A DNA stretch of 17,488 bases from the NCBI GenBank assembly GCA_050011875.1, contig JBEKIG010000026.1, positions 1-17,488 on the forward strand, written 5' to 3'. The position numbers and the translations under genes are program-made. The notes beneath the pieces are model-generated. The model made no database searches and had not been told where the DNA came from. It saw only the letters and a list, made by a program, of their open reading frames with translations. This DNA comes from Nitrososphaeria archaeon. Lineage in GTDB: Archaea > Thermoproteota > Nitrososphaeria > JACIWG01. Numbering within the stretch: position 1 is the first letter of the stretch; each line of letters opens with the position of its first letter. This document shows, piece after piece, positions 16,605 through 17,488 of this stretch.

Positions 16605-16688
16605 TTAGGGAAAAACACCTATTTCTGCGGGTATGGCAACCATTGAGAACAGGATTAATGTTTTCCTTTTATCTATCACCTTTTCCAT
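16605..16688 (-). pseudogene. Short ORF or truncated 5' end of a secreted/membrane protein gene
   Basis: A TATA-like CTTTTAATAAA and a strong RBS GAGGTGA precede an ATG. It reads MEKVIDKRKTLILFSMVAIPAEIGVFP* (27 aa, like the start of a signal peptide). Confidence 0.35.
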
Positions 16689-17308
16689 GTCACCTCTTGT
16701 GATAGTGGATATATTGCAATTTATTAAAAGGTTTTTCAGAATTATACCAAAATGTGTTCCTAATTTTACACAAATTATGCCAAATTTAAGATAAGACAGT
16801 TTGTAGGCATCTTGTTCACTAAAGATCCAATATCATACTGGGAACATTCAAACCATGTATTTTATGAGTTAATCACTACCTTCTCTTTTAGATTTCAGTA
16901 TTTAAAGAAGAAAGACCAGCAAAAACCGATTGTGCAAAGATTGCATTTTTCTTAAACTGAACATTAGCGAACATAAAGGTTATGAAGAATGTGGTTTAAC
17001 AAAACTTTGAACATGGAGAGAAATAAAATATAATGATAAAGGGTTAGAGATCCTCAAACAATTAAACCTGCAACCAAAAGACAGTAAAAACATCTTAGAC
17101 ACCTTGATTTCATCTTTAAGTTATACTGAACAATCTGATAAAAATAAAATATAGGAAAAGATGTCTAAAGTGTCTTAGATGGCTGTATTCTAAACATTTA
17201 ACACTGGTGTCAGAGCTTTATTTTTCTCAATCGTTGTAAAGTTATTAAATTCTTTTATTTGGTTGTGTATGAGAGAAAATTTTAACAATTTTAACGTGAC
17301 TATTTCTT

Positions 17309-17488
17309 TTAAATATTCTTCTGTTTTAGAGGTATTCTGACCTTGAAGGTTGAGCCGACGCCGACCTTGCTTTCCACGGATATGCTGCCACGATTGGCTT
17401 CAACTAGCCGCTTGCAAACCACCAACCCTAACCCTTGACCTTTAGCCTTAGTCGTAAACAGGGGGGTGAAAAGCTTGCTCATGTTTTC
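17309..17488 (-). CDS. Sensor histidine kinase, C-terminal HATPase_c end; gene starts beyond the window; absent from the ORF track
   Basis: Manual translation gives ENMSKLFTPLFTTKAKGQGLGLVVCKRLVEANRGSISVESKVGVGSTFKVRIPLKQKNI*, with an F box (FTPLFTTK), G2 box (GQGLGL) and GSTF. Confidence 0.92.
   Translation of the reverse strand, partial: ENMSKLFTPLFTTKAKGQGLGLVVCKRLVEANRGSISVESKVGVGSTFKVRIPLKQKNI

Noticed and set aside
16508-16702. 64-aa plus ORF
   Set aside because: No motif or RBS. The opposite strand has the better promoter and RBS signals.
16864-16879. ATGAGTTAATCACTAC as a third copy of the repeat/operator
   Set aside because: Only about 10 nt match, the palindrome is broken by a deletion, and the flanking repeat sequence is absent.
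1-17488. CRISPR array, tRNA, rRNA or intact IS element
   Set aside because: No regularly spaced repeats, cloverleaf-like GC-rich segment, rRNA-like tract, full transposase or terminal inverted repeats were seen by eye. A covariance-model search would be needed to exclude small ncRNAs.

Overview
Archaeal genomic window, AT-rich between genes. The group II chaperonin, BRE/TATA-type promoters and GGTGA/GGAGGT ribosome-binding sites show it is archaeal; a Bathyarchaeia/TACK-like origin is only an inference from protein style. Left to right: the 3' end of a thermosome subunit, a zinc-ribbon/TM2 membrane protein, an MFS transporter and a CBS-pair protein. Next is a decayed accessory patch: a minus-strand RHH + coiled-coil + frameshifted gene set, a divergent SWIM-finger transposase-like remnant, and an orphan AAA_15/AAA_21-type ATPase. 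After that come a single-pass membrane protein ending in an AT-hook and a frameshifted membrane-protein pseudogene. A four-gene GT4 - MscS-like TM protein - HAD-IIB (trehalose-phosphatase-like) - GT4 cluster follows, which looks like a non-canonical compatible-solute synthesis/release module. It is followed by an intact group 3b [NiFe] hydrogenase operon (hydBGDA), a decayed region, and the 3' end of a histidine kinase on the minus strand. The main non-coding signal is an imperfect direct repeat of about 72-78 bp (7248-7319 and 12050-12127). It contains the hydrogenase promoter and a 12-bp palindrome, and it brackets the ~4.8 kb segment carrying the GT cluster. No rRNA, tRNA or CRISPR array was seen.
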